Numbered from the stretch's first letter, positions 26,398-35,894 are shown. The stretch: 39,404 nt of DNA from Chloroflexota bacterium (GCA_009692785.1 SHYN01000003.1:1-39404); one strand, 5' to 3'. The notes: a model not told the origin generated them from the letters alone. Numbers and translations: made by a program.

Positions 26398-27413
26398 CGC
26401 TGGCCCGGTCCGCCACGCAGCTGCAGTGCCCGGGTGTAGATCGGCGCGATGGTCCGGTAGGCCCGGTAGGCGAGCGCGCTAGGGGCAACGTCGTGCGCCC
26501 CCGCGAAGCGGAGGTACCGCCCGCCGAACCCTTTCTTGAACAGCGCCGGCCCGTGCATCGGATCGTCGGGCCGCGACGGCTCCAACGGCACGCCACCAAG
26601 GTCGTAGCGGGTGGCGCCGCGGCGCCGAGCGGCGAGGATGCACTCCCATTGAAGAGCGTAGGCAGCGAGCGCCCGCCGACCCGCATCGCTCGTCGCACCG
26701 TACATATAGAGGTCGCGGTCGCCGCAGTGCCAGATCATCGCCGCCGCGACCGCCTGGCCATCCACCTCCGCGAAACGCAGAGTCGCTAGCCCCGCCTCGA
26801 TGAGGGTGGACCAGACGAGGCGGTAGTAGGCCCAGGTCCGCGTGATGAATCCCGCCCGCGCGCCGGTGCCCGCGTAGAGCACATGGAACGACCGGAGATC
26901 CGCGTCGCCCCGCGCGACCCGAATGGACACGCCGCGCTTCGCCTCCTGCCGAATGCTCCATCGCGTGTCCTTGTCGCATCCCGCGAGCAACGCGTCCTCG
27001 GACAGGGCGAGGTCGAGCTCGAGGGTCGCGAGCACCGGCTGCACATCCGGCGCGCGCCGGAAGCCCGCGGCGGCGAAGGCGGGAGCGGCCACCTCGGGCG
27101 CCACCTCCGGATCGACCTTCAGGAACAGCGCGCCGCGTTCGCGCGCGAGCGCGGCAAGGGCCACGAGCGCCGCCGCGAGCCCCCCGGAGGGATCGCCGGT
27201 GGCAAGGACCGGTCCGCGCGGGACGTAGGCCATCGCTTGCCCGAGGACCGTGCGCCAGAGCACGAGCGCCACCGGTAGCGGATCGCCGAACCGCACGTAT
27301 TCGGCGCGCCACCCCTGCGCCTCGCGGATCGTCCCCCAGGCGCTCGATTGCAGCACGTGCCCGCGCGCGGCGCGGACGGCGACCTCATCCCAGCCAGATG
27401 GTGCGGCCGTCAC
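26394..27413 (-). CDS. FemAB/FemX family peptidoglycan bridge aminoacyltransferase
   Basis: HVLQSSAWG, AYVPRGP, FLKVDPE, TRWSIR..AKRGV, YMYGA, RYDLGG, FKKGFGG. Confidence 0.9.
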   Translation of the reverse strand: MTAAPSGWDEVAVRAARGHVLQSSAWGTIREAQGWRAEYVRFGDPLPVALVLWRTVLGQAMAYVPRGPVLATGDPSGGLAAALVALAALARERGALFLKVDPEVAPEVAAPAFAAAGFRRAPDVQPVLATLELDLALSEDALLAGCDKDTRWSIRQEAKRGVSIRVARGDADLRSFHVLYAGTGARAGFITRTWAYYRLVWSTLIEAGLATLRFAEVDGQAVAAAMIWHCGDRDLYMYGATSDAGRRALAAYALQWECILAARRRGATRYDLGGVPLEPSRPDDPMHGPALFKKGFGGRYLRFAGAHDVAPSALAYRAYRTIAPIYTRALQLRGGPGQR

Positions 27414-27453
27414 TCCGTTGCCTTCACGCCGACGACGGCGCGGCGCGCCCGCA

Positions 27454-28449
27454 TCACGCGAGTGCGGTCCTCGCGAGGCGGTGCCGTCCCAGCATGCGCC
27501 AGATCGGCCAGAGCAACGGCGTCACCGGCGCCTCGAGCATTCCGACCCAGGTCGCCATCTCGCCGCCAAAGCCTCGCTTGAAGCGCTCCACTCCGGCCAG
27601 GCTGCCGTCCTCGTCGAGGCCCCACATGTCGTAGCGCCGGACGCCGAGCGCGCGCAGGCGGAGCAGTGCCCGCCACTTGAGCAGATGGAACGGCCGATGC
27701 TCGGGCGCGACCCCGCTCCAGCCGCCGTAGAGCTCCCAGGCGCGGTCTCCGAAACGGACGACGAGCAGGGCACCCGCGTCCACGCCATCGACCGTGGCGA
27801 AGAAGAGGTGCAATCGGTCGCCGAAGATCGCACGCAGCGCGCGGAAGTAGGCGGCATCGTGGACCGCAAAGGCATCGCGCGCGGCCACGCGGCGCAAGAC
27901 CCGAACGAAGCGCTCGATATCGTCCGACTCAAGGGTCACCACGCCGGCGCGCTCCGCCTTGTGGATGTACTGACGGGTCTTCTTGGCCATCGCCGCCAGA
28001 AGCTCGCGGGGCTCGGCGGTCAGGCCGATCAGGAGGGTCCGCCGCGGCTGGATGTAGACCGGCGATCGGGCCGCCCCGCTCTGGCTCACCCCGTCGAGCG
28101 TCGCCGCGTCCTCGGGCGCCTCGGGGTCGGCGAGCAGGCAGACCGCGCGCTCGCGGCCGAGCGCCTTCCGCAGCGCCGCGAGCGCGGGCCCGAGCGACGC
28201 CGGCGCGACAAGCGGGCCGCGCGGCACGTACGCGAGGGTGAGCCCGAGCGGGAGCCGGCGCACGAGGACCTGAGCGAGCCCGACGGTGTGGTCGCCCTCG
28301 CGAAGGAGATAGCGCTGGCATTCCCACCCGGCCGCCGCCTTGATCGTGGCCCAACCGGCGGTCTGAAGGAGATGCGGTTCGTCGGCGAGCGCGACGAGCT
28401 CGTCCCAGCGTGCCACCTCGGTGGCGCTCGCGAGGACGGCGATCGTCAG
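27454..28449 (-). CDS. FemAB/FemX family peptidoglycan bridge aminoacyltransferase (second paralog)
   Basis: HLLQTAGW..IK, AYVPRGP, YIQPRRT, KKTRQYI.KAER.GV, LYGG, YDMWG, FKRGFGG. Start either CTG 28449 (coupled to topA stop) or GTG 28416. Confidence 0.88.
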   Translation of the reverse strand: MTIAVLASATEVARWDELVALADEPHLLQTAGWATIKAAAGWECQRYLLREGDHTVGLAQVLVRRLPLGLTLAYVPRGPLVAPASLGPALAALRKALGRERAVCLLADPEAPEDAATLDGVSQSGAARSPVYIQPRRTLLIGLTAEPRELLAAMAKKTRQYIHKAERAGVVTLESDDIERFVRVLRRVAARDAFAVHDAAYFRALRAIFGDRLHLFFATVDGVDAGALLVVRFGDRAWELYGGWSGVAPEHRPFHLLKWRALLRLRALGVRRYDMWGLDEDGSLAGVERFKRGFGGEMATWVGMLEAPVTPLLWPIWRMLGRHRLARTALA

Positions 28450-30755
28450 GAGGGCTCCCCTGCGGCCACCGCCGCCGGCTGACGTGCCCGGCCCGAGGCC
28501 CGGGTCACCCTTGGCGCCTTGGGCTCCCTGGGCGCTTTGGGTTCCTCTGGCTCAAGCGTCCGCTGCGTATGCGTGCACTCCGGGTACCGCTCGCAGCCGT
28601 AGAAGAAGGATCGGAACTTGCCCTTCCGCTGGACCAGGAAGCCCTCACCGCAGGTGGGACACCGCACTTCGGTCCGATTGACCGTCTTCTTGATGTACTT
28701 GCAGGCCGGATAGCCGGTGCAGCCGATGAATGGGCCGTACCGACCTGTGCGTCGCGCGACCGGCTTGCCACATTCCAGGCAGACCTCGCCCTCGATGATC
28801 TCCGGGCCGGCGGGCTCGCCCTCGAGTGGACCGGAGTAGTCGCATGAGCCTTCAGCCGCGGGCTGCCCCTTCTTGCCCTTGATGAATCCGGTGCATGAAT
28901 AGAACCGACCGAACTTCCCAAGCTTGATGATCAGCGGCTTGGCACAGACCGGGCACGTCTTGTCGGTCTTCTCTTCGGTGACGTCCGACTTCTTGACCGT
29001 CTTCGCCTTGATGGCGAGCAGCGCCTTAAAGGGCTCGTAGAAATCGCGAACCACCGGCGCCCAGGCGGCTTCGCCTTCGGCGATCCGATCGAGGTCGAGC
29101 TCCATGCGAGCGGTGAAGCCGGGATCCACGATGTCGGGAAAGTGGGCCTTGAGCACGTCGGTGACGACGCAGCCCATGTCGGTCGGAATGAGCGCGCGAC
29201 CTTCTTTCGTCACGTACTTCGCCGTGAGCGTGGAGATCGTCGGCGCGTACGTGGACGGCCGCCCGATCCCGAACTCCTCGAGCGCCTTCACGAGCGACGC
29301 TTCGGTGAACCGGCCGGGAGGCTGGGTGAAATGCTGGTGCTCGGCAAGGCTCTGGAGTGTGAGCCGCTCGCCCTGGGCGAGATCAGGCAGCGGATCGACC
29401 TGCTGCTCGGGCTCGTCAGTGGCTTCGCTGTAGACCCTGAGATACCCATCGAAGAGGAGCCTCCGACCGGTCGCCCGCAGCACGTAGAGGTCGGCGGCGA
29501 CATCAGCCCGCGTGCCCTCGTACCGAGCCGGCGGCATCTGCGACGCGACCATCCGCTGCCAGATGAGGGTGTAGAGACGCAGCTGGTCAGGCTTCAGATA
29601 CGGCGCGATCCGCGCCGGCGATCGCGAGAGGTCCGTGGGACGGATCGCCTCGTGCGCCTCCTGTGCGCCCTTGCTCTTCGTCTTGAAGTGCCGCGGCTTG
29701 TCGAGCGCGTAACGCTCTCCGAACTCGGCGAGGATCACCTCGCGCGTCTGCTTCAAGGCACCCTCGGCAACGTGGAGCGAGTCGGTTCGCATGTAGGTGA
29801 TGAGTCCGACGGTCCCCTCGGCCACGGCGATGCCTTCGTAGAGCTGCTGCGCGAGGACCATCGTCCGGCGCAGCGTGTAGCCGAGCTTCCGCGAGGCGTC
29901 CTGCTGCAGCGTCGAGGTCGTGAAGGGCGCGGCGGCGTTCCGGGAGGACTCGCGCTTCTCAACGCTCTGCACGGTGTAGGTCGCGTCCTGCAGGGCGGCG
30001 CGGTGCTCCGCGGCCTCGGTGGCCGAGCCGATGGCGAGCTTCTTGCCCTTGTGCTGCACGACCTCGGCGGCAAAGGCCTCGCCGTCGTGGTTGGCGAGGA
30101 CCGCGTCCAGGCTCCAGTACTCCAGCGGCGTGAAGGCTTTGATCTCCCGTTCGCGATCGACGATGATCCGGAGCGCCACCGACTGGACCCGGCCGGCCGA
30201 CAGGCCGAACGCGATCTTGCTCCAGAGGAACGGCGAGAGCTTGTAGCCGACCAGACGGTCGACGACCCGTCGCGCCTGCTGCGCGCTCACGAGGTTCTGG
30301 TCGATCTCGCGAGGATGCTTGAAGGCATCCGCGATCGCCTCGGCCGTGATCTCGTGGAAGGTCACTCGCTGGAACTTCTCCTCGGGCGCCTCGAGGAGTC
30401 GCGCGACGTGCCAGGCGATCGCCTCTCCCTCGCGGTCGAGGTCCGAGGCGAGCCAGATCGTTCCCGCGTCCGCTGCTTCCCTTTTTAGGAGCGCGACGGT
30501 CTTCCGGGAGTCCTCCGGGACCTCGTAGAAGGGGACGAACGTCTCCTCATCGACACCGAGTTTGGACTTTGGCAGGTCCGCAATGTGGCCGAACGAGGCC
30601 TCCACCCGAAAGCCGGGGCCGAGCATCCGGCCGAGGGTCCTGGCCTTCGTGGGGGATTCGACAATGACGAGATCGGGCCCGGTTCCAGCCCGTTTCTTCA
30701 CGGTCCGGCGGGCGGGGCGCTTCTTTTTGGGCCCTACCGAGGTCTCGACGGTCAA
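28446..30755 (-). CDS. topA: DNA topoisomerase I with three C-terminal zinc ribbons
   Basis: LVIVESPTKA, DLDREGEAI, SAGRVQS, LITYMRTDS active Tyr, QEAHEAIRPT, GIGRPSTY. Start set to TTG 30755 after AAAGGGTG. Confidence 0.95.
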   Translation of the reverse strand: MTVETSVGPKKKRPARRTVKKRAGTGPDLVIVESPTKARTLGRMLGPGFRVEASFGHIADLPKSKLGVDEETFVPFYEVPEDSRKTVALLKREAADAGTIWLASDLDREGEAIAWHVARLLEAPEEKFQRVTFHEITAEAIADAFKHPREIDQNLVSAQQARRVVDRLVGYKLSPFLWSKIAFGLSAGRVQSVALRIIVDREREIKAFTPLEYWSLDAVLANHDGEAFAAEVVQHKGKKLAIGSATEAAEHRAALQDATYTVQSVEKRESSRNAAAPFTTSTLQQDASRKLGYTLRRTMVLAQQLYEGIAVAEGTVGLITYMRTDSLHVAEGALKQTREVILAEFGERYALDKPRHFKTKSKGAQEAHEAIRPTDLSRSPARIAPYLKPDQLRLYTLIWQRMVASQMPPARYEGTRADVAADLYVLRATGRRLLFDGYLRVYSEATDEPEQQVDPLPDLAQGERLTLQSLAEHQHFTQPPGRFTEASLVKALEEFGIGRPSTYAPTISTLTAKYVTKEGRALIPTDMGCVVTDVLKAHFPDIVDPGFTARMELDLDRIAEGEAAWAPVVRDFYEPFKALLAIKAKTVKKSDVTEEKTDKTCPVCAKPLIIKLGKFGRFYSCTGFIKGKKGQPAAEGSCDYSGPLEGEPAGPEIIEGEVCLECGKPVARRTGRYGPFIGCTGYPACKYIKKTVNRTEVRCPTCGEGFLVQRKGKFRSFFYGCERYPECTHTQRTLEPEEPKAPREPKAPRVTRASGRARQPAAVAAGEPS

Positions 30756-30811
30756 ATTGCACCCTTTCGGCGCGTGCGATCGGGCCCCTGTCGGAGACTG
30801 GCCTCGTAGAC

Positions 30812-30820
30812 ACTCTACCA
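30812..30820 (-). promoter_or_regulatory. Putative extended -10 promoter (TGgTAGAGT) for the topA run
   Basis: TG-n-TAGAGT about 55 nt upstream of the proposed topA start. Confidence 0.4.
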
Positions 30821-30961
30821 ATGACGTCGAGACGCCTTTGATCAGCCCGGTCCAGCCGGCACCCCTGGGGCCGGAATCGTTGCCCGGCACAAGGGGTGGA
30901 CCCGCCCCGCGGATGTTGCCCCCCACGGGGCCGCCGGGACAGGCCGGGCAAAGCCACTGGA

Positions 30962-32032
30962 CTAAAGGAGGTCGGGCCGCTCCTCCCGCCGCAGGCGGTC
31001 CACGACCGTCCTGACCTCCTCGGCGCGGTCCCTGGTGGTGATGAGGAGGACGTCCGCGGTGTCCACCACGATCAGATCGGAAACCCCGATGAGGGCTACG
31101 GCCTTGCCGGGGGCCCAGACGAAGTTACCGGGGGCTTCGACCGCGTACTGCTCGGCCTGGGCCCAGCTCCCGGACGAGGCCACGACGTCGGCGAGGCGAG
31201 ACCAGGAGCCGATGTCCTCCCACCCGATATCCGCCGGCACGACCGCGCGGTCCGTGGCCTTCTCGACGATGCCGTAGTCGATCGTCGTGCGGTCGGTCTG
31301 CTCCCAGACCTCGCTCAGAACGGTCTCGTAGCGCTCGCTACCGGCCGCCGCCCCGAGGAGGTCGAGCGCCGCTGCGGTCTTCGGCAGGAATTGCCGATAG
31401 AGCGCAAGGATGGTGGCGACGCGCCAGACGAAGATGCCGGCATTCCAGTAGTGGCCGCCGGCGGCGATCATCCGTTCGGCCTCGGGCACGGCCGGCTTCT
31501 CGATGAACCGGAGGACCTCGCGGACCGGAACGGGAGCATCGACGGCGAGGACGGCGCCGGCATGGATGTAGCCGAGGCCGCCGTCCGCCCGGGTCGGCTC
31601 GATGCCGAGCGTCACGAGGCGCCCCTGCTCCGCGGCGGCGGTCGCGGCGATGAGCACGCTGCGGAAGGCATCGCGCTTCTGGATGAGGTGGTCCGCTGGA
31701 AGCACCGCGACGACGGCCTCCGGGTCAAAGCCATGGAGCACGGCCATCGCGAGGCCGATCGCCGCCGCGTTTCCGCGCGGGTACGGCTCGATGACAAGGT
31801 GATCCGCACGGAGCTCGGGCAGCTGCTCGTGGATGAGCGCGCGATGCTCCGGTGGCGCGACCACAAAGATCCGCTCGTTCGGGATGAAGTCCGCCACGCG
31901 ATCGACGGTTTCCTGGAGCATCGTCCGGCTTCCGGTGAGCTCGAGGAACTGCTTGGGCCTCCCCTGCCGCGAGAGCGGCCAGAGCCGCGTTCCCGCGCCG
32001 CCGGAGAGCACAAGCGCGTAGAGCCGGGGCAT
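30962..32032 (-). CDS. manC: Mannose-1-phosphate guanylyltransferase
   Basis: LSGGAGTRLWPLSR..RPKQF, EPYPRGNA, PADH, FIEKP, WNAGIF, IDYGIVEK, WEDIGSW. Confidence 0.92.
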   Translation of the reverse strand: MPRLYALVLSGGAGTRLWPLSRQGRPKQFLELTGSRTMLQETVDRVADFIPNERIFVVAPPEHRALIHEQLPELRADHLVIEPYPRGNAAAIGLAMAVLHGFDPEAVVAVLPADHLIQKRDAFRSVLIAATAAAEQGRLVTLGIEPTRADGGLGYIHAGAVLAVDAPVPVREVLRFIEKPAVPEAERMIAAGGHYWNAGIFVWRVATILALYRQFLPKTAAALDLLGAAAGSERYETVLSEVWEQTDRTTIDYGIVEKATDRAVVPADIGWEDIGSWSRLADVVASSGSWAQAEQYAVEAPGNFVWAPGKAVALIGVSDLIVVDTADVLLITTRDRAEEVRTVVDRLRREERPDLL

Positions 32033-32126
32033 GCCTACTCAAGCACCCGGCTGCGCCGGTGTGCCACGCTCGGGGCTGGTTGACTCGCTCGCCACCGCGC
32101 TGGCGCAGCTCCTTGCTCGCATCTCG

Positions 32127-33173
32127 CTAGAGCCCGAAGTAATCGAGCCGCATCGCCGAGCGGACGGCGTGCAGGGTCGCGGTCGCTTCGGCCCGCGCGC
32201 GCCGGCTGCCCTCGTGGATGATCTCGTCGATAAAGCCAGGAGCGGCGGCGAAGCGGGCGCGCCGCTCGCGGATCGGCTCAAGGAAGGCTTCGAGCGCGAC
32301 GACGAGCCGTTGCTTCACCTCGACGTCGCCCACCTTGCCCGCGCGGTAGCGCTCCTTCAGGTCGACGACCTCCGCAAGGTCCCGATTGAAGCTGTCGTGG
32401 TAGACGAACACGGGATTGCCCTCGACCGTGCCCGGGTCGGTCGGCCGAAGGCGGTTCGGGTCGGTGTACATGCTCATGACCTTTTTTGCGACGGTGCGCG
32501 GGTCATCGGCGAAGTTGATCGCGTTCCCGAGACTCTTCCCCATTTTCTCGCGGCCATCGGTGCCCGGGAGGAGCCCGACCTCCGGGATGAGGGACGCGGG
32601 CACGGGGAACACCTCACCGAAGAGCTCGTTGAAACGTCGCGCGATCTCACGGGTGAGCTCGACATGCGATTCGTTGTCGCGGCCCACCGGCACAAGGTCT
32701 CCTCGAACAGAGAGGATGTCCGCGGCCTGGAGGATCGGATAACCGAGGAGCCCGTAGGTCGGCTCCCTGAGGCTGTGATCGCGCAGCTGGTCCTTGAGCG
32801 TTGGGATGCGCTGCATCCGCGGCACCGAGACGAGCATCGAGAAGTACACGTGAAGCTGCGGGATCTCCGGGATGAGCGACTGAAGAAAGATCGTGACCTT
32901 TTCCGGATCGACACCTACCGCGAGGTTGTCGAGGACGTCGTCTCGGATGTTCTGCCCGATCTCGTGAAGATCCGCGAGGCGCGTCGTGAGCATGTGATAG
33001 TCGGCGACGAGAAGAAACGTCTCGTACTCGTCCTGAAGCCGGACCCGATTGGCGAGCGTGCCGACGTAGTGGCCGATGTGGAGCGGCCCGGTCGGGCGAT
33101 CCCCGGTCAGGATCCGCTTCCGCGTCTTCGGCGCGGCGGTTGAGGGCGGCGGGGCGGCGATCGGTGTGGTCAT
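32127..33173 (-). CDS. trpS: Tryptophan--tRNA ligase
   Basis: LTGDRPTG.LHIGHY, YPILQAADI, VPVG.D...H.E, KMGKS. Confidence 0.96.
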   Translation of the reverse strand: MTTPIAAPPPSTAAPKTRKRILTGDRPTGPLHIGHYVGTLANRVRLQDEYETFLLVADYHMLTTRLADLHEIGQNIRDDVLDNLAVGVDPEKVTIFLQSLIPEIPQLHVYFSMLVSVPRMQRIPTLKDQLRDHSLREPTYGLLGYPILQAADILSVRGDLVPVGRDNESHVELTREIARRFNELFGEVFPVPASLIPEVGLLPGTDGREKMGKSLGNAINFADDPRTVAKKVMSMYTDPNRLRPTDPGTVEGNPVFVYHDSFNRDLAEVVDLKERYRAGKVGDVEVKQRLVVALEAFLEPIRERRARFAAAPGFIDEIIHEGSRRARAEATATLHAVRSAMRLDYFGL

Positions 33174-33237
33174 GGGAGAGGTCAGTCTACCCGCCGGACC
33201 TCTCCCCAGATGCGCGCCGTCTCCCGGACCTCGCCCC
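33174..33237 (-). repeat. Inverted plus direct repeat element immediately upstream of trpS
   Basis: Perfect 10-bp inverted repeat gggagaggtc (33174-33183) / gacctctccc (33197-33206); direct repeat ccggacctc(t/g)cccc at 33194-33207 and 33224-33237. Confidence 0.65.
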
Positions 33238-33239
33238 GG

Positions 33240-35756
33240 TCAATAGGATCTGGTCTGCGTGGTCGGGCTGATGATGTTGCCGTTCGCGTCGGCCACATTT
33301 CGGACCGCCACAAGGTAGGCGCCGGTACCGCCGGGCGCGGGTGCCGAGGGGTTGTAGTTCGAAGTGTACCCGCCTGTGCCGACGCAGGTCACCGTCCAGA
33401 CCGTGCCACCGGTGGTCGAGTTGATCGACGGGATCCCGACCGTGCAGAGGGTGCCGAAGGTCCCGTTGTTGAGCGAGTAGTTCACGATGTTGCCCGCCGA
33501 GTTGGTGGGGCTGGAGCCCCCCGTCATCGCCTTGCTGAACGTGACGCTGAACGAGTCGCCCGAGATGTAGGTCGCGCCGGTGAACGAGGGGGCCGTGGTG
33601 TCGGCATAGGACACGGTCACCGTGGTGGGGTTCGGACTCAACAGGTTGCCGGCCGGATCGGTGACCGAGAGGACGACGAGCGTGTAGGTGCCGCCGCCGA
33701 GGGTCGTGCCGGTCGTGAAGTTGACGCAGCGGCCGTCGGTGGAGACGTTGTAGTTGTTCGCGGCGTTCCTCGTCGAGCTGAGGGCGATGACCGCTCCGCC
33801 AGACGCGGTGAATGAATAATTCGCCGTGTTCGAGGCGGTCGTGTTCGACTGGAACGCGCCGGGCGCCGCGGTCACCGAAGCGAACATCGACTTGCTGTAG
33901 CAGACCGAGAGCGTGGTGGCCGAGGTCGAAGCGCTTGCCACGGTCAGGGCAGCCGTGTCCGAGCTGTCAGACACCGTGATGAGGGCCGGGTTCGGGTTGA
34001 GGGCGTTGCCGGCCTGATCGAGGAGGTTGTTCGCGGAAAGCGTGTACTGACAGCCATTCGCGAGAAGAGCGCTCAGCGTGAGGCGCACTCCGCGAAGCTC
34101 CCAGCGCTCGTCGGTGTCATCGGTGAGCGCGCCGACCGGCGGCGAACTCACCACCGTGATCGCGGTCGTGCCGCCCGAGGCGCAGCTCGTCGTCGCGGAG
34201 GAGCCATCCGGGTTCGCAAGGGTGTAGTTGGCGGAGTTGTCGATCGCATTCGTCGCACCCCAGCCCGCGGTCGTGCGCATGCCCTCGCTGAACGTCACGA
34301 GGATGTTCTGCAGGTAGGCCGCGCCGGTCCCGGCACTCGCGAGGTTCGTGTCGGCTCGCCGTGCCAATGCAGAGACGACGCTGGGACGCGTGGCGTCGGA
34401 GGGCACCGTGATGCTGAACGAGGTCGGGCTCGGCGAGATCGCGAGGCCCGCGGCGTCGGTGACGCCGGAGATGTCGAGCGAGTGCACGCCCACCGCGGTC
34501 AGGCCGGTCCCGGTGTTGAAGGCGAGTCGCACCTGGCGATTCAGGCCCGCGGTCGAGCCGCGCAGGGTCAGGATGCCGGGGAAGCTGGCCGAGTCCCACT
34601 TGAAGTTGGAGGCAATCGCCGTGGCGGGAGTCAGCGCCTCACTGAAGGTCACGATGACCTCCTGCGTGCCCGGCTGCGTAAAGCCGCTCGCGGTCGGCAC
34701 CGTGGAGTCCGTCGCGGTGAACGAGAACGTGCTGGCCGCGGCGATCGCATTGCCAGCGGAGTCGCTGACGGTGCTCACCGTCAGGCTGTAAGTCGAGTTG
34801 GCGACGAAGGTCGCGGTGTCGAGGACGAAGAGCACGCACCTGCCGTCGGCGCTCGCGACGAGCGAGCTGGCCGGCTGACCCGTCCCGGTCTGCGTGCCGA
34901 GCGTGATGCTCGAGAGCGTGTAGCTGCCGATGGCCGTGATGGACCCCGTGCCGGTCGTCGCCATCACCTTGCTGTAGCAGACGTTCATGCGCTTGAGACC
35001 CTGGGCGGTGTCGACGCTCTGGATGGTCGGAGCACCGGTGTCGACCGTGTAGCTGAACACGTTCGAGGTGCCCTGACCGGGTGCGGTCGCGGTGAGCGAG
35101 TGGGCTCCCGCGGTGAGCGCGGTGGTGAGGCAGGCGAACGTGCCCGTCAGGGTGGCGGTCGTCGTGCAGAGGACGGCCGAGCCTTCCTGCACGGTCACCG
35201 TGCTCAGCGCGGTCGCGCCGGTGCCGGAGATCGACGGCGTCGTGGTCGTGGAAGGGCTCGCGGGCGACGAGGCCGTGATCTGGAGCGTCGAGGCGATGAC
35301 CGTCACCACCTGGAAATACCCATAGTCCTCGAGCGGAGCGCCGCCGGCCCACTCGAGCCCGGTGAACTGCTGCGCGCCCTGAGGAGCGTTCGCGGGAACC
35401 TGGACGTTGTAGATGAAGAAGCCCACCTGCCCGGGGGCGACGAGGTCGCTGGCCTGATTCGCGTAGATGGTCGGGGCGGTCCAGTTCACCGCCCAGCCAG
35501 CGGCCGACAGGAGCGAATTGCCACGCGTCCGGAGCGAGGCCTGCGCCACGGCGTCGCCCTTCACCCAGGCGAGATCACCGGTGTTCCCGTAGCCGACCGC
35601 GAACTGTCCGGTCTGCCCGGGAGCGAGGGACAGGAACGAGCTCTCGGAGAAGTAGGCGCCGTGGTAGCCGGGCGCCGACAAGGCCGGCGCCGAAAGGGAG
35701 AGCATGCCGAAGGCCAGAGCGCTCACGACGGCTCCGTTCAACAGGATCCTCTTCAT
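33240..35756 (-). CDS. Large secreted Ser/Thr-rich Ig-like repeat protein (Big_5/SbsA-like; candidate S-layer or adhesin)
   Basis: Signal peptide MKRILL...ALSA; about five repeats of the form D(T/S)xxP(T/S)...Vx(F/Y)S(K/E)xM...(N)Y...VxDxAGNxI; paired Cys; start ATG 35756 or GTG 35762. Confidence 0.85.
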   Translation of the reverse strand: MKRILLNGAVVSALAFGMLSLSAPALSAPGYHGAYFSESSFLSLAPGQTGQFAVGYGNTGDLAWVKGDAVAQASLRTRGNSLLSAAGWAVNWTAPTIYANQASDLVAPGQVGFFIYNVQVPANAPQGAQQFTGLEWAGGAPLEDYGYFQVVTVIASTLQITASSPASPSTTTTPSISGTGATALSTVTVQEGSAVLCTTTATLTGTFACLTTALTAGAHSLTATAPGQGTSNVFSYTVDTGAPTIQSVDTAQGLKRMNVCYSKVMATTGTGSITAIGSYTLSSITLGTQTGTGQPASSLVASADGRCVLFVLDTATFVANSTYSLTVSTVSDSAGNAIAAASTFSFTATDSTVPTASGFTQPGTQEVIVTFSEALTPATAIASNFKWDSASFPGILTLRGSTAGLNRQVRLAFNTGTGLTAVGVHSLDISGVTDAAGLAISPSPTSFSITVPSDATRPSVVSALARRADTNLASAGTGAAYLQNILVTFSEGMRTTAGWGATNAIDNSANYTLANPDGSSATTSCASGGTTAITVVSSPPVGALTDDTDERWELRGVRLTLSALLANGCQYTLSANNLLDQAGNALNPNPALITVSDSSDTAALTVASASTSATTLSVCYSKSMFASVTAAPGAFQSNTTASNTANYSFTASGGAVIALSSTRNAANNYNVSTDGRCVNFTTGTTLGGGTYTLVVLSVTDPAGNLLSPNPTTVTVSYADTTAPSFTGATYISGDSFSVTFSKAMTGGSSPTNSAGNIVNYSLNNGTFGTLCTVGIPSINSTTGGTVWTVTCVGTGGYTSNYNPSAPAPGGTGAYLVAVRNVADANGNIISPTTQTRSY

Positions 35757-35894
35757 TCGCACGGTCGGACGACCTTTCAGGGCCGCGACCTCTCATGGCA
35801 CGAACCCGAGGTCGGGACCCGGCGTACTCCCACCAAACGCTGGTGCGCCATTTGTATACCTCTTCTGGTCCGTCGGTGTTTCGCGTGCCGTGGA

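Noticed and set aside
27410-27676. Alternative-frame ORF ending in GTGA at the next fem start, suggesting a frameshifted C-terminus
   Set aside because: The FemAB frame already ends normally after FKRGFGG...PLLWPIWR; the alternative translation is low-complexity.
28505-28550. EPKAPR-EPKAPR repeat at the TopA C-terminus
   Set aside because: Short basic tail typical of TopA; not a separate element.
33174-33239. T-box riboswitch upstream of trpS
   Set aside because: Gap is only 66 bp and lacks the T-box consensus and specifier stem.
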